Part shown: one piece after another, positions 1-8,400 of the stretch | How positions within the stretch are numbered: position 1 is the stretch's first letter | Layout of the letters: the number at the start of each line of letters is the position of its first letter | IMG/VR virus record: IMGVR_UViG_2843834578_000006 | Origin: an uncultured virus (IMG/VR IMGVR_UViG_2843834578_000006) | Lineage: Duplodnaviria > Heunggongvirae > Uroviricota > Caudoviricetes | Reading direction: 5' to 3' (one strand) | Length of the DNA stretch: 20,000 nt | Translations under genes and position numbers: made by a program | Notes under the pieces: generated by a model | What the model was told of the DNA's origin: nothing | The model's input: the letters and a program-made list of their open reading frames with translations, nothing else | Database searches by the model: none

Positions 1-1
1 A

Positions 2-169
2 GTAATCGACCCTGCGTTACTGTTCGAGCTGAACCGCATAGGCGTAAACCTGAACCAAATCGCCCGACAATGCAACAGTCAAAAGCCGAGCATTGACCTT
101 GTTAGCGTGTTGGCGACCTTGCGAGAAATTGAAAAAAATCTCAAAAAATTGCGAGAATTGAGCCTATGA
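2..169 (+). CDS. mobC: MobC relaxosome accessory protein, 3' part (runs off the window start)
   Basis: Manual translation VIDPALLFELNRIGVNLNQIARQCNSQKPSIDLVSVLATLREIEKNLKKLRELSL* carries the MobC motif LxRIGxNLNQIAR. Its TGA (167-169) overlaps the mobA ATG (ATGA). Confidence 0.9.
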   Translation, partial: VIDPALLFELNRIGVNLNQIARQCNSQKPSIDLVSVLATLREIEKNLKKLRELSL

Positions 170-1572
170 TCGTTAAATTTTTTAAGAAACACGGTAAGGG
201 AAAAGCTAGTAGTTGCAAGGCTTGTGTGGACTATTTACTAAATAAGCCTGACGACACCGCCCAAATCCTGCAGGGCGATCCCCGACTATCACAAAGTATT
301 GCTGATAGTCTTGATTTTAATAACACTTACACCGCAGGTTGCTTGTCTTTTGAAGAAAGCGACCTACCCGAAATACAAAAGCGTGAGATTATGGCACGCT
401 TTGAAAAGGCAATGTTTGCAGGGCTTGAGCCTGAACAATATAACATTGCGTGGGTACAACACACCGACAAAGGCAGGCTTGAGCTGAATTTCGTTATCCC
501 AAACGTAGAGATGACAAGCGGAAAACGCCTACAACCCTACTACGACAGGGCAGACCGCCCACTTGCTGAAAACTTCAAGCAGGTAATCAACCACGAATAC
601 AGCCTAAGCGACCCAAACAACCCTATAAAGCAAAAAAACCTGATTGACCGCAAAGACCTACCAACCGATAAAAAACAGGCTTTACAGGCGATTACGGACG
701 GTTTAACAGCTTTAGCGAACGCAGGGCAGATAAACGACCGACAGGACGTTATAAATGCCCTAGAACGTGCAGGTTTTGAAATTGCACGCATTACGCCAAA
801 AAACCTATCAATCAAGACTGACGGACAGAATTTAAGATTAAAAGGGGCTTTCTATGAGCAAGATTTTAGATTTAGCACAGACCTTTCAGCAGACATCACA
901 GAAAGAGCTAGAGAGTACAAGCGAGATAGTGCAGAACGCTATCAAACGGCACGAGCAAAACTTGATACAGCAGTTACAGCACGCAGGGAACAATTTAGCC
1001 GAAAATATCCAAATCGAGCAGGCGAAATTGATAAAAAATACCGTGAGAATGTATCGCTTGCCGACCCTAATCGCCTTGACGATATTAGCCTTGATAGCCA
1101 TAACCGCAGGCGTTTTGACGTGGCAGGCGAAGAACGCCTATCAAGAGATGACCGAATGGCAAAATTCAGCCGAGATAGCCAAAGAGCAGAGTGGGGGGAT
1201 CAAGCTATCAACTTGCAAAACGGAGAAAGGGATAAAGCCTTGTGTAGCAGTGGACAAGGATTTTATCAACTCAACGTGGGGCGAGAACCTGAAAGTAATC
1301 GAAATCCAAGAAACCAAGAAACAGGGGAAAAAATAAATGGCGACCGAACTAGAACTACTTTACGAGAAAACCTTGAAAACCTTGCTAGAACAGCAAGAAA
1401 CAGAGCGAGTGAAATTATCGAAAGAATTAGAGAGCTTGCGAGCCGAAAACGCCTTGATCATTCAACAGTACAACGAAATCAGCGAGCAATTAACGACATT
1501 ACAGAGTTTAATAAACAGCTTGAAACGGTAATATCTCAACGCAAAAGACAAAGCAGGGGTATGAGCAGATAA
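166..1572 (+). CDS. mobA: MobA relaxase, MOB_HEN (ColE1/MbeA, MOBP5) type, of a small mobilisable plasmid
   Basis: 468 aa. N-terminus MIVKFF...VDYLL with the catalytic Tyr, GCLSFEE motif II, and the HEN motif WVQHTDKGRLELNFVIP. Confidence 0.93.
   Translation: MIVKFFKKHGKGKASSCKACVDYLLNKPDDTAQILQGDPRLSQSIADSLDFNNTYTAGCLSFEESDLPEIQKREIMARFEKAMFAGLEPEQYNIAWVQHTDKGRLELNFVIPNVEMTSGKRLQPYYDRADRPLAENFKQVINHEYSLSDPNNPIKQKNLIDRKDLPTDKKQALQAITDGLTALANAGQINDRQDVINALERAGFEIARITPKNLSIKTDGQNLRLKGAFYEQDFRFSTDLSADITERAREYKRDSAERYQTARAKLDTAVTARREQFSRKYPNRAGEIDKKYRENVSLADPNRLDDISLDSHNRRRFDVAGEERLSRDDRMAKFSRDSQRAEWGDQAINLQNGERDKALCSSGQGFYQLNVGREPESNRNPRNQETGEKINGDRTRTTLRENLENLARTARNRASEIIERIRELASRKRLDHSTVQRNQRAINDITEFNKQLETVISQRKRQSRGMSR
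854..1336 (+). CDS. mobB: MobB (MbeB-like), overprinted inside mobA in another frame
   Basis: 160 aa. MSKILDLAQTFQQ N-terminus resembles MbeB, one TM segment (LIALTILALIAITAGVLTW), RBS-like AGGGG upstream. Nested position matches the ColE1 mbe layout. Confidence 0.85.
   Translation: MSKILDLAQTFQQTSQKELESTSEIVQNAIKRHEQNLIQQLQHAGNNLAENIQIEQAKLIKNTVRMYRLPTLIALTILALIAITAGVLTWQAKNAYQEMTEWQNSAEIAKEQSGGIKLSTCKTEKGIKPCVAVDKDFINSTWGENLKVIEIQETKKQGKK
1337..1531 (+). CDS. MobD/MbeD-like small coiled-coil protein, overprinted inside mobA
   Basis: 64 aa starting immediately after the mobB stop. MATELELL... with heptad pattern; same position as mbeD in ColE1. Confidence 0.65.
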   Translation: MATELELLYEKTLKTLLEQQETERVKLSKELESLRAENALIIQQYNEISEQLTTLQSLINSLKR

Positions 1573-1588
1573 AACAAGGGGGAGAATT

Positions 1589-1654
1589 ATGGCAACACTT
1601 ATGGAAAAAGACAGTTTAATAAATGGTATTTCTCAAACACTCGGCTTATTGTAA
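1589..1654 (+). pseudogene. 5' stub of a plasmid gene truncated by the ISApl1 remnant
   Basis: Strong RBS (GGGGAG) then MATLMEKDSLINGISQTLG runs into IS sequence at about 1646 and stops. Confidence 0.4.
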
Positions 1655-1765
1655 GATGTCGGTAGGAAGTACTCATCATTTGGAAGTGGTTTTTGTGTGG
1701 AAACAAAATTATATTCTAGTTGATGAGTACTTCTTTTTTTGTTGCACTTGGATTGTAAATTCAGC
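1646..1765 (-). mobile_element. ISApl1 (IS30 family) left-end remnant: IRL plus first 11 transposase codons
   Basis: Minus strand reads GCTGAATTTACAATCCAAGTGCAAC... then ATG at 1679 giving MMSTSYRHLTI. The terminal 25 bp match the IS30 end at 17854-17878 (gttgcacttggattgtaaattcagc vs gttgcacttggtttgacaattcaag). Confidence 0.85.
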
Positions 1766-1878
1766 GAAAAGTAGGCGATTTCGAAGTGCCAAATTTTCGG
1801 TTAAGCACAAAGTATAATACGAGCCAAAAGCCTTGAATTTACTACTGTTTCGCCTATTTTTTATATACATTGTTAGCG
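1766..1878 (-). repeat. Partial attC-like imperfect palindrome downstream of estT, cut by ISApl1
   Basis: Minus strand has CCGCTAAC just after the stop codon and inverted arms taggcga (1772-1778) / tcgccta (1850-1856). The distal GTT box is absent where the IS begins. Confidence 0.5.
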
Positions 1879-1896
1879 GGTCGTTGTTTTTGTTTA

Positions 1897-2632
1897 TCAG
1901 TCATTTATGTGTTTTTCTATTCCATCAATTATTGATTTCCAATCATCAACGTGTAATTCGTGTCCTGTACCTTCAAGGGTGATTAGATTTGAACCTTTTA
2001 TTTTTTCTAGTAAAAAACCTGCATTCTTATAATGCCAAATTTTGTCGTCTGTTCCGTGGATAATTAAGGTGGGTTGTTTGATTTCGTTTAATCTGTTCCA
2101 ATATTCTTCACCACCACCTTGCAATGCAGCGTGATTGAACATACTTATATAATTGTTGGCTCTATTGAACTCAGCTCTTATCAGTTTTTCACTTCTTTGT
2201 TTGTCAAATTGTTTCTTGCCACTCATTAATTCTGCACCCTGAATTAAATAGTTTACCACACTGTCTTCATTTGTCCAATTGACTGTACCTGCTTTACTAT
2301 GGAAATCTAAAATACTCGTGTCCATTTCAGGTATAGTTGGGTCTGAGTCTCCCCAAGGGCCTGATGACATAAGAGTTAAGGAGTTAACTCTGTCGGCAAA
2401 CTTTATTGATGCTATTTGAGAAATTAGTCCGCCCAAAGAAATCCCCACAAAATGTGCTTTGTCAATCTTGTAGCCATCCAATATTGAAATAGCGTCATTA
2501 GTTAAGTCAACAATATCGTATGGAGTAGAACCTGGTTCATAATTAGTGGATTTTCCTACATCTCTGTTGTCGTAACGAATAACAAAAAATCCTTTTTCAG
2601 ATAATTGTTGGCAAAATTCAGTGTCCCAATAC
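1897..2632 (-). CDS. estT: Alpha/beta-hydrolase macrolide esterase EstT, 5'-truncated in this window
   Basis: YWDTEFCQQLSEKGFFVIRYDNRDVGKS...KSIIDGIEKHIND recognised as EstT, with GISLG nucleophile elbow, HGTDD and GTGHE. The ORF-track leader MYDYKRSFF comes from unrelated USS-bearing DNA. Confidence 0.85.
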
Positions 2633-2642
2633 ATAAAAAAAG

Positions 2643-2665
2643 ACCGCTTGTAGTCATACAAACGG
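2643..2665. terminator. Uptake-signal hairpin (ACCGCTTGT = reverse complement of Apl-type USS)
   Basis: ccgcttgta-gtca-tacaaacgg imperfect stem preceded by an A-tract (U-tract on the minus strand). Confidence 0.55.
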
Positions 2666-2687
2666 CTTAGTAGGAAGAGTAAATTGC

Positions 2688-2746
2688 TTTACATAATATA
2701 ACCTTTTATTTATACTTCATTTATAAATAGTAAGTTATAAAAGGTT
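2688..2746 (+). promoter_or_regulatory. Sigma70 promoter of the TA operon with an operator-like inverted repeat
   Basis: TTTACA (2688-2693), 17 bp, TATACT (2711-2716). 10-bp inverted repeat aaccttttat (2700-2709) / ataaaaggtt (2737-2746). Confidence 0.6.
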
Positions 2747-2751
2747 CAAAA

Positions 2752-3141
2752 ATGGCAGACCCTATAGAATGGTCTATTATCACGACTGACTGCTTTGATG
2801 AATGGTTCGGTCAACAAGATGAAAGTACTCAAGAACGTGTCTTGGCTTGTTTAATCTATCTGCGGAAATTCGGTTATAGTCTAGGCAGACCTTATGCTGA
2901 TACAGTTTATCAGTCTAAATTCCCTAATATGAAAGAGTTACGCATTCAAAACAAAGGTAAGCCAATTCGAGCATTTTATGCTTTTGACCCTTTACGCCAA
3001 GCGATAGTACTTTGTGCTGGCGAGAAAGGTAAAGACAAAAGATTCTATGAAAAAATGATCGCTCTTGCTGATGCGGAATTTACCTCCTATTTAAATAATT
3101 TAGAGAAAGAAAATGAAAACGTTAGATCAAATGCTCAATGA
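2752..3141 (+). CDS. Type II TA toxin, RelE/ParE superfamily (HigB/Gp49-like)
   Basis: 129 aa with LGRPYADT, MKELR and RAFYAFDPLRQAIVLCAG motifs; toxin-first order. Confidence 0.88.
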   Translation: MADPIEWSIITTDCFDEWFGQQDESTQERVLACLIYLRKFGYSLGRPYADTVYQSKFPNMKELRIQNKGKPIRAFYAFDPLRQAIVLCAGEKGKDKRFYEKMIALADAEFTSYLNNLEKENENVRSNAQ

Positions 3142-3412
3142 ACTCTCTCCTGAACGCCGCCAAAAAGTGGAAGATATGGCTCAAGAAATGATTAGAGAGA
3201 TACAACTTTCAAAACTAAGAGAAGAGCTAAATCTCTCTCAACAACAATTAGCTACAGCTCTCGGTATTTCACAGCCTGCTATTGCTAAACTTGAACAGAA
3301 AGATAACGATCCAAGATTATCCACGCTCAAACGCTATATTGAAGCAATGGGCGGTAAGTTAAAACTTGCCGTTGAATTGCCTACAGGCGATGAGCGTGTA
3401 ATTAGGATTTAA
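3113..3412 (+). CDS. XRE-family HTH antitoxin (HigA-like)
   Basis: 99 aa with HTH LREELNLSQQQLATALGISQPAIAKLE and LSTLKRYIEAMGG; overlaps the toxin 3' end. Confidence 0.88.
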   Translation: MKTLDQMLNELSPERRQKVEDMAQEMIREIQLSKLREELNLSQQQLATALGISQPAIAKLEQKDNDPRLSTLKRYIEAMGGKLKLAVELPTGDERVIRI

Positions 3413-3420
3413 TTACTTTG

Positions 3421-3579
3421 TTAACCTGAATGCCCTCCTGAGCCAATACAGTTTTTCCCCGGTAATTGCTCTTGAGGGGCTAGTTGATAACAAAAGGTTG
3501 GTTTTGTTGTATAGTCTTGCTTATATTGAGTTGTACAAGCTGAAACCATAATTGTTGTAAGTAGTATAATTTTTTTCAT
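3421..3579 (-). CDS. Small phage lipoprotein, 52 aa (not in the ORF track)
   Basis: MKKIILLTTIMVSACTTQYKQDYTTKPTFCYQLAPQEQLPGKNCIGSGGHSG*. Lipobox VSA-C15; perfect AGGAGG RBS (3585-3590) overlapping the gpJ stop. Confidence 0.8.
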   Translation of the reverse strand: MKKIILLTTIMVSACTTQYKQDYTTKPTFCYQLAPQEQLPGKNCIGSGGHSG

Positions 3580-3588
3580 ATTTGCCTC

Positions 3589-5483
3589 CTATAATTGATA
3601 AGATGAACCATTTGTAGATGATATAATTGCTCGAAAATTCACTTTAGCACTTCTCCCACGCCCTGCACACCACGCACGACACGTTACTACATATTGAGTA
3701 TTAGCAATGAGTATTGCCCCAGAATCATTAAATGGGTTAGATACATTAGGTGAAATAGTATTGCTAATATCAATTACAGACGGTAATGTAATTGTTGTCG
3801 GTGTCCGATTACTACCACTACCATAAAAAGTTTCGCTTTTACTCTCTCCTGTTGGAGTGTGGACAACATACAATGTTCTCGTCGCTTTTGTAGCAGGTAG
3901 TACAAATTGACATACATACTCATAATATGTATCACTTAATGCAAAACTGTTTTTCGTTTCTGAATATGTTTTACTTTTCCCTGTTGCTTTTGATGTCCAA
4001 GTTTTAGCCTCATAGATATTACCTCCGATCAATTGGTTGATTTCAAGTTCTCCAGTAAATTTACCTGTTAATCCCTCAATTCTTGCTCCTTTAATTATTC
4101 CCCCTGTAATTGTTGTACCTGAAATTGTCCCACCACTAATTGTCGTCCCTGTAATGTTTAATAGGCTGGCTATAACAGGTATTGTTGCTAACCGTTGATT
4201 AGCCCCATCAGCACGCATCAAGAATACATAGTTGAGCCCCGTTTTTTGTATGCCGGCTGTACCCTGTACATTCAGGCTAAGTGTGTACTCTTGACCCTGT
4301 CTGATATTACTTACTTGAGCGGCTGGTGCTTGTACAATACCGGCCACACCTGCGCCACCAAGCATTCCGAGTCGTATCAACATATTGCCGCGATAGACTG
4401 TGCGTGTGATTGATGACATTTTTGTATTGTAGTTGATGTGTTGGTTGTAAGTACTGTCTATCAGTAAGTTCCTTGCACCGATAGAAAGTGAATCAACGGC
4501 AGATTTTGCATCAGCTTTCCAAATTGACTGTAAGGAGCTTTGAGCAATACTTGCCACCTCAGTTTTATTTGCTTTGGCGGTTTCCAAACGAGAGAGCGAA
4601 CCTTCCGTTGTTTTGGTGCGCGCGGTTAGATCACGCAGTGTCGTCACCGTTGTCTGATTAAGTTCCGTCACTGCCCGTTCGGTGCGAGTGAGGTTACTTT
4701 CCGCTGCCCCCATTCGGGTTGTGAGCCCCGAAATCTGCGTAGCTTTGGCTTGATCTGCTTTAGCTTGTGCCGCCTGATAAGCGGTGAGGTTGGACTGAAC
4801 CGCTGATACTTTGTCGTCAATATCCTTGGCGGTTGGTGTCCAGCCTGTGGCAACATTACCCATTTCGAGCTTAACGCTGTGAAATGCGAACCAGTCTGTC
4901 GCCTCAAATATGCCATTTGCGCCAATCAGTAACCGAACTTGATTGCTCGTCCACGGCGCAGTAAATGTCACTTTAGGGCGTTGGGACAATGATGCAGTAA
5001 GCGGCAAAGTTGGCAATCTAAAATTGCCACCATCTTCGCGGATAAGGTACACATAGTTTAACCCTGTGCGGGTAAAACCTGCCGTCCCCTGCGCATTTAG
5101 TGACAAGGTATAGGTTTCACCCTGACGAATACGCGTAGTGGCTTTTTGTGTGCCTTGAGTCACACCAAAATGCCCTGTGCCTGCTTGGGTCACAAACACT
5201 TGAGTCAAGCGACGATCACCATATTGCGAGCTTGCCACTCGTGAGCTACCGCCCCAACGGGCTGTCGTCAAATACTCACTATCAACCAGTAGATTTGCAC
5301 CACCGATTTTCAAGGCATCCACCGCACTTTGCGCATCGGTGCGCCAAATGCTCTGTAAGTTCTGCTGGGCAATACTTGCCACCTCACTTTTATTCGCTTT
5401 GGTTGATTGGAAATTGGTAATAGTTGATTCCGCATTTGCAACACGGCTTGTTATGTCTGTGAGTTTATCTGCATTCTCTGTGA
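3589..5483 (-). CDS. C-terminal part of lambda-like gpJ host-specificity/tail-fibre protein, downstream of the frameshift
   Basis: The frame of ORF 3589..5382 stays open upstream to the A10 tract (ITENADKLTDITSRVANAESTITNFQSTKANKSEV). Repeated GxxNLLxDS...VKLExGNVATxWTP modules, coiled-coil linkers, TISGG repeats. Confidence 0.85.
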
Positions 5484-8400
5484 TTTTTTTTTTCTTCCGT
5501 GATTTTGGCGTTGAAATTAGTCTCTGCTTTGGTCAAGTTCACAGATAACTGATTAAGTTGCTGTGCTTGTGCTGAATCGGTAGCCGCTTGAGTTTGTTTA
5601 TAACTCGTTAAATCAGCCGAAACAGCACTAACCGCACTGTCCACATCTTCAGGTGCTGGCGTCCAGTCTGTGGCTACGTTGCCTTTTTCAAGTTTGACGC
5701 TGTGAAACGCAACAAACTGCTCTGTGCTGGTTTGCCGAAAACCGATTAAGACATAACCTTGTTGCGTGGTAAAAGGAGCCTTGAACGTGAGTTTGTAATG
5801 ATTAAACTCAGTTTCAGAGGCAACGTTAATCACTGGTAATCTAACGTTATTCCCATCTTGACGCATTAGATAGAGATAGTCTAGTGCCTTACTTCCTCGA
5901 GCAAATAATGAGAGTGTATAAGTTTCTCCTTGTTGGAAATAAGATGTGGAATGGCGATTAGATGAAACAATACCAACAGGACCGTTAGTACCTGTTGAGG
6001 TTACTTTGATAGTTCGGCGATTTGCATTTTCAGCAAATTCAATTTGTGGGCTACCCCATTTATTGTACGCATTGAACTCGCTGTCTCTTAATAAATTCCG
6101 ACCGCCGATATTAATATTATCAATCTTAGCATTTAAATTCTGACTGACTTCACTAATGCTTTGGGCATTATTTGCTACCGTACGTTGAATAGTTACGATA
6201 TTGCTTTCAGCTGCTCCCATTCTTGCTGTTAATGCTTCACGTGCTTGAGACTCCGCTTTATCGGCGTTTGCTCGTGCTGTTTTTTCTTCTTCCAAGCCTG
6301 AAAGAGCATTATCAGCTTTTGCTGTGACAGCAGAAATCAACTGTGCTTGTTGAGCATCAACATTTTGTAACTGTGTAACAGCAGCCCCACGAGCGGTTGC
6401 TTCAGCTTGAATTTTTTTCGTTAAATTCGCACTTTCGGCTTGAATGGCTTTAGTACGGTTATTTGCTTCGGCAGTAACGGCATCTTGTCGGTTAGTAATC
6501 TCTTGGTTAATGTTGCTTTGAGCTGTTTCCGCTAATCTTCTTGCCAAATTTGCGGTGTTATCTGCACCTGTTAATTGCGAAATAAGGGACGTATCAATTT
6601 TAGATTTTGATAATTTGCCGGTAACATCTTCCGCAGCCACTGTAGCTGAGTATGCTGTACCGTTCCAAGTATAGAGCTTGCCGTCAGCCTGATTGTAAAC
6701 TTGAGATGACGCCAGTTTAGTACCTTTGTCGGTCAAATTAGCGACTGTTTTCACTAATTCTAAACCTCTTGCCGGTGCAGCAACATCAAAAACCTCATTA
6801 ACAATATTGCGTGATAACTGAGTGTTTAATTCGGTTAATCGAGCATCCAAATCAACCGCTGTTTGTCCTCTTACCCCCTGTTGTTGATAAAACGGTCCGA
6901 CATTAATGCCTCTGGTATGACGTAGCCAATAATAGCGTACAACCTTGTTACCTTTTAGTGTGTGAGCGTAGGTTCTAGCGGTCACTTTTGCGATTTTTTT
7001 TGCAAGGGCGAAATTATCGGTTTCGGCCGCGAAAATCTCGGTTTGCGTAACCTCATTTACCCAATCCCATTCGAGGGTAATTTGCCCTAATCCACCTGTT
7101 ACTACTACACCGGTCGGAGCTGGAGGTCGATCAATAGTAAAGGTTTGTGTTTTTTCGGTGACGATTTGCCCTTTGGCGTTTTTGCCGTAAATAATGACGG
7201 TATAATCGCCGTTAGGTAAATCACTTAGTTCAATGTTCGGATCGCTTAAGCCTTTTTTGTATTGATATAAATTGCCATCTTTGGTAATTTTAATATCATA
7301 GGTTAGCTTGCCATCACCGGAGCTAATATCACCGGTAATGTAGAGCTTACCGTCATAACCGGTCGAGACTTCCACTGCGTTAATTTGTGGAGCTTTGTAG
7401 AGTGTTCTAGCCGTTTCCACAAAGTGAGCGGAGTTATCAACAATTGCCTCTTTCTGCGGTTCGTGTTGTAACGCTGTGATAGTGTTTGTGCCGTCCGCAT
7501 TTTCGACAATCGAGATTGAGCGATATAATCCAGAGCTGATTTGTTTAGTCGATAACGACCAAACACCGTAGGTTTCTAAGCCGGTTGGTGTACTATCCAG
7601 CGTAATTTCTTTGCCGTTTACCGATTGGATTTTGCTAGAGTGCGTTGCCTCACCGTTGATATAGGTAAAATAACTGGCGTTATCAATGCTAATTTCACGA
7701 TCTAACGTGACTTTTCGCCCATTAATCGCCAGTACACGTCCGCCAATTTCCGTACCGGCATAATGGCTGTCTGCCACACGAATAATATCGCCCGGCAAGT
7801 GCATTAAGCCCTCACGTCCCACGGTAAAAGTAATGGTTTCCTTTTCCCGTTTTTCGGTTTCCAAAATCCATTTTCCGGTACGGTGTGCTTGCCCCCGAGA
7901 GGTACAACCGAAAGCAGTAATTTGACTTAAATTTAAGCCGTGCTTTTTGATTTCCTCGTCATCAGAGACATATTCAATCGCACTTTCATAGCCATTTGTT
8001 TTATCCGAATAAGTAACTTGCACTGCATTATGGCGTGATTTGCGAGCAGAGTAGGATCGTTCAAATCCACCAACTACATTAGCATTTGTGTAAGTCCAAA
8101 CCGGATCACGCGGACGGTCGATAATGACCGATACTTCTGTTCCGGTCCAAATCGGAATCGCACGGAATACCGAGCAGAAATCATTCAACAAGTCATAGGC
8201 AGTTTTAACTTCCGTGAGCCATACGTTACAGGTGAAACGAGGCTCCATTCCACCCATACCGTCCGGCACAAGTTGATCGCAATAGCGAGCAACATCATAC
8301 AACGCCCATTTGTCAAAACTGATTTCAACCCCAAGCATTTTGCTTAAAATCGGAGCTAAATCGTAAATTTCCCAAGCAGGGTTGTTCGTCCACGCAACTT

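Noticed and set aside
1623..1817. 64-aa plus-strand ORF
   Set aside because: It crosses plasmid, IS-end and attC-like sequence; no coding support.
3432..3480. Long imperfect hairpin as a stand-alone RNA or terminator
   Set aside because: It lies wholly inside the lipoprotein CDS and has no U-tract; a role for the convergent TA transcript is possible but unsupported.
3589..6110. Diversity-generating retroelement or invertase shufflon acting on the tail fibre
   Set aside because: No reverse transcriptase, invertase, adenine-specific TR/VR pair or inverted crossover sites are visible.
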